DNA of 63,819 nt, the filler included, from Sluysia triapertura (lineage: Eukaryota), in assembly GCA_046118255.1 (NCBI GenBank). It is 5 parts of 5 records of this genome, joined end to end, with 100 filler letters (N's around TTAATTAATTAA, not from the genome) between each part and the next. Parts side by side here need not be neighbours in the genome. Positions count along the whole stretch, not along the records: positions 40,697 to 52,492 come from JBJNIA010170146.1; positions 52,593 to 63,819 come from JBJNIA010187157.1; 3 more parts are not named here. One strand, written 5' to 3'. The notes under the pieces were generated by a model. The model was not told the origin of the DNA, did no database searches, and was given only the letters and a program-made list of their open reading frames with translations. How positions within the stretch are numbered: position 1 is the first letter of the stretch; every line of letters begins with the position of its first letter. A program made the position numbers and the translations under genes. Of this stretch, positions 50,023 to 63,819 are shown in pieces.

Positions 50023-50564
50023 TGTTGGACTGACCGGGATCGAACCCGGGACCTCTCGCTGCGCACCTCGATGAATTGAATTGAAAACTTTTATTTTACA
50101 ACAAAAACAAGTACGTACATAATCAAATAATATGGTACAATAAATATAAATAAATGGATCATATTTATATAAAAATTTGTTAATGTAATAAGGCTGTTAC
50201 TGATTGTCTATTTAAGAAATTGATATTCGTTCTGCTGGTGATGATTAGAAACTATGGGGCCATTGGTAAGTCAGAAAGAACAGATATTAAATCACAATCA
50301 CACAAATGATAAATCACAGTCATACAATTAAGTGGATGAAATAAAGAAATGAGAATATAGGAAAATAAATAAGGGGAAAAATAAATAAATAAAAATAAAA
50401 AACCATTGAATGCAAAATGAAAATGTGAAAGAGAATATTGATTATTCCCAAAAAAACCCAAAAGATTAAAGATTAAAAGCCCACTGAGCTATCAGTCCGT
50501 GTAACAATTTTTAGATTATTATTGTCAACCATACCAAATGACACATTAGGCCCATATCCCAACA
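50023..50564 (-). mobile_element. tRNA-containing LTR split by a ~405-bp insertion
   Basis: 50023-50073 (GGACTGACCGGGATCGAACCCGGGACCTCTCGCTGCGCA) and 50481-50564 (CCACTGAGCTATCAGTCC..CCCAACA) are the two halves. Confidence 0.8.
50074..50480 (-). mobile_element. Probable LINE (CR1/L2-type) 3' end inserted into the tRNA-like unit
   Basis: The minus strand ends AATAAAAGTTTTCAATTCAATTCA (polyA signal plus short tandem-repeat tail). Confidence 0.5.
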
Positions 50565-52359
50565 ATACTAATAATACTAATAATATTAATAATAAAATAA
50601 TGAAAATAATAATAATTGCCGTGAATTCAACTATAAAACATAATTTTTACAAAAGCAATTCAATCCAATAATACTAATAATACTGTTTAATTTAAAAATT
50701 TAAGCTTAAAATTTATAATTATTCTTTGAAAAACTTAGTTTAATTCTGGATACTTTCTCGTATGAATGAATTTAAATATAGTTCTACATTTCAACTCTTC
50801 CATGCGAACTTTATAAAACGTCTTAACAAATCCTCACTATATTAATATGTATTCTCACTTCTTCGATAGTAATTTAAACTTCTTTAGTTATGTAAAAATA
50901 TTTCTCGTTAAAAGTGAGTTATAACCTCTTAGTAGTTATTTTATCTTATAAACTGTCGTCTTGTTATAAATTTATTTTATATAGAATTGTGAGCTCGGAT
51001 ACTCATGACCTGGAATGGAAACACAGATGTAAAGGTGTAAACTTATATTTTTATTTATGCTTTATGTTTTATTTTATTATTTATATTTATATTTAAAATT
51101 TTAAATTTGTAAATAATCATCAAAATTACAAAAATTTATAAATATTAAAATTGCAAAAAATTTTTATTATTATTATTCTTTAAAAAATTATAATTAATTA
51201 TATTAAAAAACTGTAAATAAAGTTTAATTATTAAAACTTAATTACCAAAAAAGAATGTTCTGGATCAAAATGTTTTAATAAATCAAATTTATAAATATGA
51301 ATCTTTGTAGTCACAAGAGTATATAAAGACAAACAAAGAATAACAGACGACCATTTTTGATTTGATAATTTAATGATTTATTGATGCTTAAATTTTTGGT
51401 TTTCAAGCAGTGCCATCAATTCAGACATTCGTAATAAGAAAATTTTGATCTCTAGCATTCGATTAGAGAGATCGCAATTTTTAAATTATTTCCTACATTA
51501 AGTAGTAAATTTATTTTAAATAATTTGTAGACTCGCAAGAGTTAAAATATCAACTTAAACTACTTAATTTTCAGTTGGTTATTAAGGCCAGTTATAAAAT
51601 AATACTAAAATATAAAATTATTATCTTTTCGTTGGCCCTTAAGGTCAAAAGGTCTTTTGTAATATAAAAATTTTTTATTTATATTAACAATTTTCTTTTA
51701 TATTATTATTGTTTTTTGATATTAATTATATTGTAAAATTAATATTTTTTTATTTTTTATAATACATTTTTTATAATATTTGTTAATTTTAATATAAATA
51801 TTTGACGTAGTTAATGATAATTAAAGTAATTAAGTAAGACTGCAATAAAATTTATTTTTGACATTATTTTACTAAAACATTCGCATATTCTAGGATTTTT
51901 AAACCAAACGACATACGACTTACTCTTAAATCTTGTTTATAAACAAATACGTTAAACTTACAACTTAAGCATAATAAATACATCTATTTAATAGTATTTT
52001 ATCACGAAATTCTCGTAACGCACATTGAATTATAATGCATCTTTTGCATCGCTATTCTTTAGGTTTATTTTCATGCTATTTACAGGTACGCCATTAGTAA
52101 GCCGTATAGTGTATACTGTAAACGGACTCTGAATATTAATCTATTTTGCTGTTAGGTGAGTTTTTAGAGTTAAAAGAAAACAGAAACGCAGCACAAAAGT
52201 AGATGAAGTTCAATTTATTTTACAAAGATTGTTAATTTTAATTTTAGTTACAACTATTACTCTTTGATTGTAATTTTGTGTTAATTCTTCCTTTGGGTAC
52301 TACTCTCAGAACCAAAAAAAATTCAAATGCAAAAATTTATTAAAATAGCGACAATACCA

Positions 52360-52492
52360 AAATAAATGAAGAAAAGTTAATTGTAGGTGGTAAGGCACTA
52401 GATGCGAAGCAAAATGTACGAAATATAGGTTGTTATATGGATTCAAAAATGAACATGGAAGAAAATATTAATTGCATTGTTAAAAAGTGTAA
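52360..52492 (+). mobile_element. L2/CR1 LINE reverse transcriptase C-terminal fragment, cut by a gap
   Basis: LIVGGKALDAKQNVRNIGCYMDSKMNMEENINCIVKKC matches the VRNLGV..DS.L.M..HI..V.K.C motif. Confidence 0.75.
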
Positions 52493-52592
52493 NNNNNNNN
52501 NNNNNNNNNNNNNNNNNNNNNNNNNNNNNNNNNNNNTTAATTAATTAANNNNNNNNNNNNNNNNNNNNNNNNNNNNNNNNNNNNNNNNNNNN
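52493..52592. other. Artificial assembly gap/linker
   Basis: 44 N + TTAATTAATTAA + 44 N. Confidence 0.98.
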
Positions 52593-55500
52593 GATCTACC
52601 TTAAGATGAAAAATTGTGTACATTTTTGAAAATAATATGTACTCACTTGAATTATATAACTATAATGTATATAATTGTTCTTATTTGGATTATGATAAGG
52701 CAAATATTAACTATAAAATTATATTATAAGTTTATATCATAGAGGTGGATAACTATTATATAGACAGAAATGAATAAGATTTAAAAAATGTGTATTTTAT
52801 AATATAATGATTGACCAGATGGTGAAAATTGAGAAATGAAAAGATTATACTATACAAAATATATTAACACAATATCTGGCCACTATAACATACACAAAAA
52901 CGCACTATAATAAGAAATAAGTAAACAAGATAATTCAAGACAATAAGGAAGACGAAAATAATGCAATTTTTAACAAGCAATTAGTTCTCACATATTACAA
53001 ACGGATAATACTTTGACTCAGATCAATCATTTGTTCGACTGTGATCTGATTTCAGTTCTTATTAATTGATTGGCTGATTTTAATTAATTATTTATTCGAT
53101 TTTAGTTAATCATTTCTTGGGGAAGGATTGACTACTTGTATTCAATAGTATATAAAGTTGAAATTTATAAATAATTAAAGATAGTCTAATTATATAAAAA
53201 AATTTATATTAAGTGTGGTTTTTCTTTTGCAACTTTACTGAAATGTATCACGATTCCGTTTTTTAATTATTCATTTGACTTCATTATTGTTAGAGTTTTT
53301 CCATTGAGTTGTGTTGTTAATAAATTATCTCTATCGTTAAAACTTACTTATTTCCGATTTGAGAACGTATTATAATAATTAAATTAAGGGAATTTGTGAA
53401 GTTATTAATTAATTTACTATAACCTATAAAGGTGCTTAAAATATTTATATGTTGACTTTTTAAATTCGTCTGTTTGATTAGTGAAATCATAAACAACAAA
53501 AACATACGAAAGTTTTATTTAAAATTATAAAAAACTAAGTTCATAATATTTTTCTTCAGAAAAGCGAATGGATGTGGAATAAAACGTTCTAAAACAACAA
53601 TAATAATAATAATTTCACACTTAATTTGTACACTAAATTGTCCAGTGTGTTTTAATAACAAAGCTTTACTCTCGTAACTTAACATAAACGATGCATATCT
53701 TTATCTTCAAGATTTAAAATTGATAATATATATCATTATCTTTAAAATGTAACACTACTGACATATTTTATCTTACATATTTTATCTAAAATGTAACATT
53801 ATTTAATAAGTGTATGATAAAAATATTTAAATTAAATCAATATAAACCGTCATTATAAGAGGAACATATTGAAGAAAATGTGTTGACTTTTAAATAGTGT
53901 TAAATTCTATATTATTTATTTCTATACAACGATAGCTTGTTAGCTCTGTATAATTTTGTAGATGGTAATTTTAAATTCAAAGTATCACATTAAAAAAGCA
54001 AAAGTTGTTAAGAACAATGTTCTTTAATTCGTATCTAAAAAGAAATTGAATTTAAAAGTTAATTTAATAAAGATGTAAATAATCGATTATAATTTTTACT
54101 ATAATTAAAATAGAATAAAAATAAATTTATTTATTATGGATAAAAAAATTAGATACACTCTAGTACGGGTTGTCCAACGAAATATCTACTTCTAAAGCGT
54201 ATTATAATTCAAAAAAGTAATCGCAAAAATTATTTTTTTCTATTGCTTCTTATTCCTATTATTTGAAATTCTTAAATCAAAATGAACACGCTATTAAAAA
54301 TACGCATTATAATGGAGTGTTTTTATTTTAAAACAAAGAATATAAAAATTAATTATATGAAAAATCAAAATATTCTTTATTCAGTACATTTCCCAGATTT
54401 ATCTTTTATCGATCATTATCAATGTAAATAAATGTCAATATTCTTAGCTGATAAAACATTAAGGATAATAAAGACGTAGTAAAATCATTTGTTTTACTAA
54501 AGTGTATAATAATTATAATAATAATAATTATTATTAACAATAATGCTTAATTTTATTACACACAATTAATAACTTATTTATTAAATAACTTTTAAATTGT
54601 GTTAACTTTTTCATTATTGTAATAGTAAAAAATCTTCTTGAAAAAGAAAATTGCAATGAAATTACGTAAAGTAAGTGAAATTTGAAATTTATCAATACGG
54701 AATGAAGACTAATTTGTGAAGTATAGATTTTTATGAATTTTAATTGACTGAATGGAATGTTTAAATTACATGAATGAAAATTTCTTTTTAAAATGCTTGT
54801 TTATTAGTGTCAAAATATTGTTATCATCTCAAACCATCAAATGTCTTAACAAAAATCATTTAAATCATTAAATTCTAAAAAAGAAATAAGAAATTCTAGA
54901 ACATTCCAGTATTCACAATTTAATTTATCAGATAATTCATTATTGATTATTTGATTGTCACGCCCAATTTTTATTGATACCATATTGTGGTTTATTCAGT
55001 CAACAATCAAATTCAGTGCTATTTGATTTTAATTCTTAGCTGGCAAAAATTTGGTAGGTCAATTTAGCTTATCGACTAATGTTCAGTTTTACTTTCTTTT
55101 AATTGTTATTTTTTATAAGGTAGTTTCAATCCTTTGGAGTGAAATAATAAAATCTTATTTATTTTATTTATTCCAACCCGATTTAATAAGGCGAAAAATC
55201 TATAATTAAAAGTACAATTTTTAAAGTTACAAATCTGAAAAATATCAATTTTATCATTATTTTTGTCTCTCTATTTTATTTTCGACTATATATAATATTT
55301 AATAGAATTTTGAAATTTTGTTTTTTATTATTAAATGTATTTAGTTAAAACTGAAGTTACCAGTAAAGTATTTAATATACTTCAATAAACTATTTAAATT
55401 ATAATTAAAATAGTTTAGAGTTAAGTTTAAAGTAACAGAATTGAAGTAGATTTGAGATAAATTTGTGGATTTGATTATTTGAAACTGTAGATTAAGCTTT

Positions 55501-56140
55501 CAAACATAAGATCTTCTAAGGGTTGCAAAAGACCAAGAATATTTATTAAAGTGTTACACATTAAATTAAATTTTTCATAATAAACTTAACTTTAAGATTG
55601 TCAATTTATAGTTGCATGAATGCCTACTCGAACCATGCTCAATTTTATTTTGTTGTAGATTAAGTGTTACAAAAACAACAACAATATAAATTTATTTAAA
55701 TAAATTGAACGTCTTTAAGAGTTTTTTATGAATAAAAAGAAATCGAAGTAATAAAGTTTCAAAAATTAAGTTTAATTTAATTTTTAATTTAAGTTTAATT
55801 TAATTTTTAATTTAAGTTTAATTAATAATAAATAATTAATTTTATTTAAAAATTAAGAAAACAAAGATTACTTTTAGTTTTAACACAAAATGTTTTCAAT
55901 ATTTAAAGAATAAGTTTAATTTAAAAACTTTATATTTTGTGGTTTTAGCTTTAAAAAAATTGAAGTATATAAAACAGATGGCAAATGTAAATATTAAATT
56001 TGTTTTATACTTCACAGCTAAAATTTAAAAGAATCGATCATGACAAAATCAGCGGAATTTTGTTTCATAACAAGGAAATATAGTATAAAAATATATATAA
56101 TGTAAACTATTGATTATTATTTGAATTTTTAGGATCTATT

Positions 56141-56141
<1 letters not shown>

Positions 56142-56218
<77 letters not shown>
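56142..56218. repeat. (AAT)n microsatellite
   Basis: Perfect AAT run. Confidence 0.95.
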
Positions 56219-56219
<1 letters not shown>

Positions 56220-57824
56220 GGTACTTCTTACAATGTAATTAATACTTCATATTTTCAGACTCAAGAACTGTTTTAATGTTAGTGAGAAAATAAAACTAGA
56301 ATTTTTCACACAGCATCAAATCTTCATTTTAGTCAAAATTAAGCTTCTTCATTTTTCAACAATTTAATGAATAACATTTAAAATCTAAAATTTCATGTAG
56401 ATATTAACTTTATCTTAGCTTTATCTTCGATCAATAAAAATGAGTACTTAAAATAATGATTATATCTAATTTAATGTTAATATAACATTTTATTGATTTA
56501 TTTCTGCACGATTGTCAATTTAATATATTAACAATTTATTATTTGTTATTCTAAATAAAAATTAATAAATATAAGTTATTTTTTTAGTTTTTTTATTAAT
56601 AACAGCAATTAATTATGTGTTATATCTATTGTATTTTCTTTTAATAGTAAACATGAAGCATTAATGTCTACGTACGTTGCTACTTTAATTACAATTTTCA
56701 ATTTTATTTTGACATTTTTTATGTAATTATTAATCCATTATTTGCCAATATGCCATTTTTGGGTACATTTTCAAATTTGTTGCATTTAATAACTGCAAAT
56801 TCTAAATAAAATAAAGTGATCACATCATCTGTTTCGTAAAATTATTAAAAACAATAATATTTGTTGCAAAAATAGTTCTGATTTGTTAGTATGAATGTCA
56901 TTAAAGTGTTAATTTAATTTTGTTGCGCTCGGCAAATATGTTTGTTTAGGATGTTTGTTTATGTCAACACCTTTGATATGTGTAATCCTTACACTTTCGC
57001 TTAGTTTCAAAATTCCTTGCAGCTTTGGAAAAGAACTTTGATGTCTCATAACTTTATAAATTTTAGCCTCAAACTTTTACCTAAAATGGTAATAAATAAT
57101 CAAAATCGGATTCACTTTCCGCGATTTTGTCAAACTTTTTGGCATGTAAAGAAGGTGAATGCAATATATTTTCCGAATAATTAGGTTCCATCAGTTTGTT
57201 GTGAGACAAACCTTCCAATTCTTTAAATTTAATGTTTTTAATAAAGTTATCAATCTTAATCTTTATATTACCAATAAAAACAGAAGAATTATCTCTATTT
57301 GGTTTTAGGTTAATGACATATTGATTTTTCAAAACTTTAATAAGTAATGGAATGGAAGCAGAATGAATATTTTCAGTTTAACTGTGGACATTGACATAAT
57401 TTTATGCTATCATAAAGTCTTTCTTCATTACAAGACCTTTTAGATACTTTTATTAAATTTGGACTCTTTGATATCCATAAACGTAAACAAAAATATAAAA
57501 ATAAAATTATAATATGAAAATAAAATTAATAAAATGAATAATAATCTACATTATGAAAATAATTATGATAACGAAACAAATAAATGTTAAAATGAATAAA
57601 AATATTATTTAATATTCAATATACTATTAAAAACAAATGGAAAATTTTGTATGATTGCCATAATTAGCTCATAATATAATTAACAAAATTCCCAGTAACA
57701 ATCACTTGATCATAACCTTCATAATTAGACAACTTTACTTAATGTGTGTATGTGTTACATTTACTTGAATATTAATAAATTTATTAGTTTAAGATTAGTG
57801 ATTGCATAATACGAATACGAAGGC

Positions 57825-57825
<1 letters not shown>

Positions 57826-57891
<66 letters not shown>
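57826..57891. repeat. (ATT)n microsatellite
   Basis: Perfect ATT run. Confidence 0.95.
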
Positions 57892-60800
57892 TTATTGTTT
57901 AAAAATTGCATAATTATTGAAATAATTATACACATTAATTATTTAACACTACTAAAAATAATGAAGAATAACTAAAATTTTAAAACTTAAACATTTAAAT
58001 ATATTTATTAAAAACTTGAATCAAAAATAAGACGATTTATAATCTATTTGATCTTATTTTGCTCAATTAAAAAGTTGGAGATCAATGTTTTAAATAGGTG
58101 TTAAAAATGTCTTGCATTTAAAAGAAAAGAAAAGGAAAGAAATTATTAATAACGTAGCGTAAAAGTCTAATCTAAATAAATTACAAATAGCAATAATAAA
58201 AACAATTAATAAATTATCTATATGTTTAAAAATTAAAAATTTAAATTTTATAAATTATTATAATTGAATTATTTTGTTATTTGAAATTATAATTGAAATG
58301 CATGGCTAATGATTAACACTAGTGATACACCTGGCAACATATATTAATAGTATTAAAATTTCGTAATCGCTTTAAATTTGATGGGCTTCAACAATAATAA
58401 CAATAATAATTAAAATAATTATTATTATATGTTAGCGAATCCGCTCTAAGACCTTCGAGCTTTTATACGAATAACAATTATCACTGAATTATCTGTAGCT
58501 TATACTTAAACTTCAAACAAATTAAAAAGCTTTATTGAACATTTACATCAATTATCCATAATTTCACTTAACAATTTACAAGTTTCTTTGAATTTGGACT
58601 AAATCTTATTTCAATAAAATTAAGATATTGAATAAATCACAAAATACCAATTATGAAAAATAGTAAATTCATCGTAAAAGAATAATCTATCTTTTAAATA
58701 GAACTTATCACCTAGAACCTAGTTACACAATCGATAAGGTTACATAAATTATTACAGTTATGCAAAGTAAGCAATTTGACTATAACAAAACAATCGCGAT
58801 AACTAATTCAATTTTTAGTCGAATCCTTTGTGCGCAAGACTAGAAAAATAAAATAAACCCAATTAACAATAATTATTTTAAGAGAACAATACAAAGTTTA
58901 TCATTAATATTTCTATTTTTATTATTTTACAGCGATTTTTAAATATTTCAATATTTTATGTTTTAAATAAAATAAATAAATTTCGAATATTATGTTTTGT
59001 AAAATATTACGAAGTTATAATTTAAAAAAAATGATTTGCTAATTTATACGTTAGATAAACATAATTATATTAATTGTGAATTTACCACCCACGCATACAC
59101 AGCACAAATGTTTGTTTGTTTTGTGAATAAATTACAGAATATTTATTTTGAAATTTGTTAACATGTTTTCTGTTTTAGTATCTATTTTTAGTGTTTTAAT
59201 ATCTATCAATGAACACTTTGTAATTTAACTGGAATGAGACTAGTAATATTGTTTATATTTATAACTTTTTACAAGGAACAATTTAAATGAATTAATTGAT
59301 GATTAAATACTAAAGATTTACATTGATTTAAGTGGAAATTGTTTTATTGGCATCAAAAGTTATTTGAAGAAATGTCAGTTCGTCTCTTTCGACCTAATTA
59401 GTTATACACGGATGTTATCATTGGATATACCAAATATATCAACATATCTTTTTTGGTTTCAGAAAATTTATAACTAGATTTAATAGAAAAGTTCATTACA
59501 AAATTGTAATAAAACATCTTTTGCATACTTATATGAGAGTTCTCGTAGAATTAATTATAATTATCAAATATATCAGAAAATCTAACTTTAGATCTTATTA
59601 TTAGTGTTATCTAAAGAACTATCAAAGCGTTTTAGAAATTAACTAAAGAATTTATGGAAATAATTTTTGGTAATTCATACTAGCATATTTATTTTATTAT
59701 AACTTTTAAAAGTATTGTAAAGATACTTTTTTGTTTGAATTTTTGGGACCTGCCGCACGTAATGTAAATAAAACAATTCGTGTTAAAAATTCATGTGAAG
59801 AAATATATTTTGAAATAATATTCTAGTGAACTTAATCCTAAAACAACAATTATAAACGAATCAACCGAATTTAATGCAACAATTAAAAACTTAACAAATT
59901 ATCTACAACAATCAAAATACCAGTAGCAGTTTATCATAAGTGTCACTTTCTGTAATTTTCTAACTAAATAACTCTTCTCACATTACTTCTATTTCTTCAA
60001 ACACATCAACAACTAGCTACAATAATCTACACTCAATATAGAGCATCATTACCAATAACCATAACAATGATAATGTAAATTAAATACTTCTGATAAATCT
60101 TTAAAATTTATGTGTTATGTTTTTGCCTTTTAAATTACTTTATTGAACTTTCGTAAAATTTAAATGTGTCTGAATGTATTATATTTTATAAATTTTGTAC
60201 GTACTTGTAATGAACTCTTGTCTTTACTAATAATCTAAGTTTCTTTATGGATTCTTATTCTTGAATAATATTCTAAACTTCTCTATTAATATTATTAATA
60301 TTAGATTTAACTGGAGGTATAATCCTTTGTCAACATAAGTCTTTTCTATAAGCTTGATCTGTCAATATTACTGGTACTTTCTATTATGTTAACTTTATAT
60401 AAAAGGGTGAATTCGAATACTCGTTTCGACTGTATGAAATGGGAGTACTTAATAAAATTCTCAATTTAAATTTCTATCTGTATTCTGCATTTAAAGTTTC
60501 AACTGATCCTAATCTTTATTATCTCTTTCAGTAGTTATCTTTCCTTATTTAATTGATTTAATTGTTCGGGCTCTATTTCAAACCCCTCTTATTGAATATT
60601 TTTAAAATAAAAGCACTAACAAACTATTATAAAAATATTAATTAAATTTTTAAATCAAAATAATTAGTATTACAAATATATATTGTTATCTTGTTTATCA
60701 TACAAACAAAATAATTCTTTATCATACCTAAAATCAAAATAATTCTTACGAATATCAAGAGTTAGTCAAAAATAAAATTTCCTTTGACGCTTTCATAAAT

Positions 60801-62027
60801 GATAAATATTTTCACAAATGTTTCATAATCATGTAAAAATTTGAAATGTCCAATGTCGCCATATTTCACTCCGGTATCCTTGAAATTAATTTTTTTGTGG
60901 TTTCTAAATTTTGTCGTCGTAATGGTATTAAATTTCCAATCGTACAATAATTGTACAAATAAATTTAATCACAATGTATAGTTAATAAATCAATACTAAA
61001 TTTCCAGTCACACAATAATTGTATACATGTTAATAAATTAAATCGGGGTTTTACAAATCTTAATAAATGTCAATAATTACAGAAATATTAACAAATAAAT
61101 ATTGTTAATAAATTCCAATAAATAAATTAACAAATCAATACCAATTAGTATCAACAAAATATTATTCGCTAAATTATTTCATAAAATTATTTTCGGTTTA
61201 CTAAACATTATTAATTGTTACTAATACTACAATGTTTCTTATTTTATAATTTTAAATTTTGATTACATGTTAATTTTAGTAAGATTTTATTCGATTTTAA
61301 TTTGTCATTTATATTCTAAATCATGTTTTTAAGATAATTTTGACCGAATTTATGATCTTAAAATTTGATTTAATATTACTGTTATTGATTCTTAATTTAA
61401 GATGACTTATTGACTACAATAACAAGGTTTAATGTTTATATATTTTAATTTCATAACCTCACTTTAAAATAATTATTTCTACATTTTAACTTTCTATTAA
61501 ATTTTATTTTATATTAAATTTTGAATTTATATTAGCTATATGCAATCTCATTTTAAATTGATACTAAAGCATTATAATCTTAATAATTTTTAACCATTAT
61601 TTTACTAAAGAAGAGTTTATTTTAAAATGAGAAATGAGCATTAGTTATAATTACAATTTCGTATCCTTTAATAATAATCTAAAATGTAAAAAATTAAAGT
61701 GTTATTATTGCTATTTTTCTTGTCACTACTTTATTGTTGCTGTTTGGCTTTTACTGTTATTATCATTTCTTATTGTCATTTCACTGACAAAACTGTTACT
61801 TATGCGGAATAAAGGGAGCAGTTTGTTTAGTATAATACATTTGTTCATTGTAGGAGTAAGTCGTTACATTTTTATAGTTCAATTTCAGTTATATTACAAA
61901 TAGGAAACATTTATTATATGTTCTGTTTCATTTCTTTGTGAATTAGATAATATAACAGATTAAGGTAAAAATACAAAATATCGTAAACACTCAGATTTCT
62001 TTGCTGGTTTTTAATACTGATTATGCC

Positions 62028-62120
62028 ATATTATATTTTAATAAATTATATTATATTTAATAAATTATATTTATATATTATATTTAAATAAATTATATTT
62101 AATAAATTATATTTATATAT
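62028..62120. repeat. AT-only minisatellite
   Basis: ATATTATATTT(T)AATAAATT units in tandem. Confidence 0.7.
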
Positions 62121-63819
62121 ATTGGTTTTATCAATACACAATTTTTATAGAACTTATTTTTATATTACTTGTAATCTATAAATATGTTGATAAAATTAAA
62201 GATTTAGTTGAAATCAAAAATCACTAACAATATGAACAATTACATAATTGTTGTCACTATTTATTGTTACTTTGATATGTAGTCAATTCTAACTTGTATT
62301 TAATTTATTAATGAAAATGTTTGACAAATTAGCTAGTACTATATTTTTCTAATTATTTTAGTGAAAATAAATATATGTTAACAAAATTAAATAAATCAAT
62401 ATAATCAATATAAATAAATATAATCAATTTTTGAATAAATCGTGTTAATGCTGTAAAGTCAAAAAGCTGTAACAAGTTTAACACATTTGATGAAGTTATA
62501 CTTAATGCTTTAAAATATCTAAACATTTTAATGAATCGCTTATTAAATCTCATACTTGATCAGTTTTAGATCATCTACCATGCAGTAATGGAAGTAAGGA
62601 ATTAAAATTTACAAAAATATTTTTCGATGTATTTGATCGGCTAAGATGTTGTTATTATGCAGTTATGTTATCTCGATTTCGAAAGTGTACATTCGCGACG
62701 AGTTCAATTCAGACAGTTTGTGAAATGCAGTGTATTTTACATTACTTTAAAGCATTGTTTTGTTACCAGAATGTGATTTAAGACAATAAACTAGATTACA
62801 TATGGCAAAATAATAATAATAAGACATTGTTAACATTCATCTTCGTATCGAAATTTGTTCCTGAGTCATTTAGATTAAGCATCTTTTGTTGTGTTAATTT
62901 GTTATAATAGAGTTAGTTGCTCATTACAATCCCACCGAGTTTCGCCATGCTAACAGCAAATTTAAACAAAAAAATTATTTAAAAAATGTAAATCTTTTAA
63001 AAAATAATTTATGATAAGTTGGTCTCTAATTCTATATAAAAACATAAGATTAAATCATTACAAGGGTAAGAGTACTCATGAAATGTTTAAGTTAATTATC
63101 GAACCTGTTAATTTCTGTAAAATAATAAGGATATTAATTTTAAGTTTTTTATATTTTATGTTAAGATACGTAAACAATTTTCAGTTAAAAGTTTAGGAAT
63201 TATACCTATTTACATAAAGGAATATATAAAGTTATACTATAAATTTATAAGCTTTCCATATTTATAAGCATTTTTGAATGACACAAAATTGCTTTTTATT
63301 GTTTTATTTTATTTTTGATTTATGAAACAATGTCTCGTTGATTTACATGTTCCTAATTGCTTCTAAAAGAATCACACACTTAACGATTATTATTTTATTT
63401 TTATTATTTTACGAAATTTCTTTTAATAATTGTTAATTTATTTAAAAAAATTAAATTACAAGTGGTTAAACATTTCTTATTTATTTAAAACAATTTATTA
63501 ATTTACTGTCAGAAAAAAGAATTTTAGCAACATATAATTAATCAGAATGTAAATAAAATAAAACAAAATTTTATCATTTTAAAATAAATAAAAATCAAAT
63601 TATTATTACTATTTTTATTTAAAAAATAAAATCTGATTATAATTTACATGAAATTTATCTTTTAAAATAAACATGATTAAAACGAAACATTTTATTTTGT
63701 TCTTAAAAATATTTTTACAAATTTCGAAATGTAATTTGTTATTAAATTTGTTTACTTTTAATTGGTTAAATCAGCAAGAAAAATATTATATTAAAATTAA
63801 TTTGAAAATAAATTTGTAC

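Overview
Very AT-rich, repeat-dominated eukaryotic DNA, most likely from an invertebrate animal. It is split by four artificial 100-bp gaps (44 N + TTAATTAATTAA + 44 N). The only apparently intact host gene is the 3' part (three GT-AG exons, 30317-32528, +) of a gamma-glutamyltranspeptidase. The rest is largely decayed mobile DNA: two piggyBac (PGBD4-like) relics, at least two Maverick/Polinton relics (integrase, packaging ATPase, major and minor capsid motifs), mariner and other Tc1/mariner relics, a Tc2/pogo-type TIR pair, a 72-bp hAT MITE with an 8-bp TSD, LINE fragments and a Gypsy gag remnant. There are also intronless, disabled copies of PEX1 and of the CCA-adding enzyme TRNT1. Three things stand out. 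(1) A ~160-bp TG...CA LTR-like family containing a complete tRNA-like Pol III unit, seen as solo copies with 4-bp TSDs and once as an LTR-PBS-74 bp-PPT-LTR miniature retrotransposon. (2) A family starting TGTRGTGRYCAAC with a G-depleted head and a conserved CCAAT-containing inverted repeat, followed by different sequence in different copies, including the TRNT1 copy. (3) A nested insertion: deleting 18590-23029 restores a piggyBac transposase C-terminus, so the TRNT1 copy was inserted there after the transposons. All protein assignments come from hand translation and motif recall; no searches were run.
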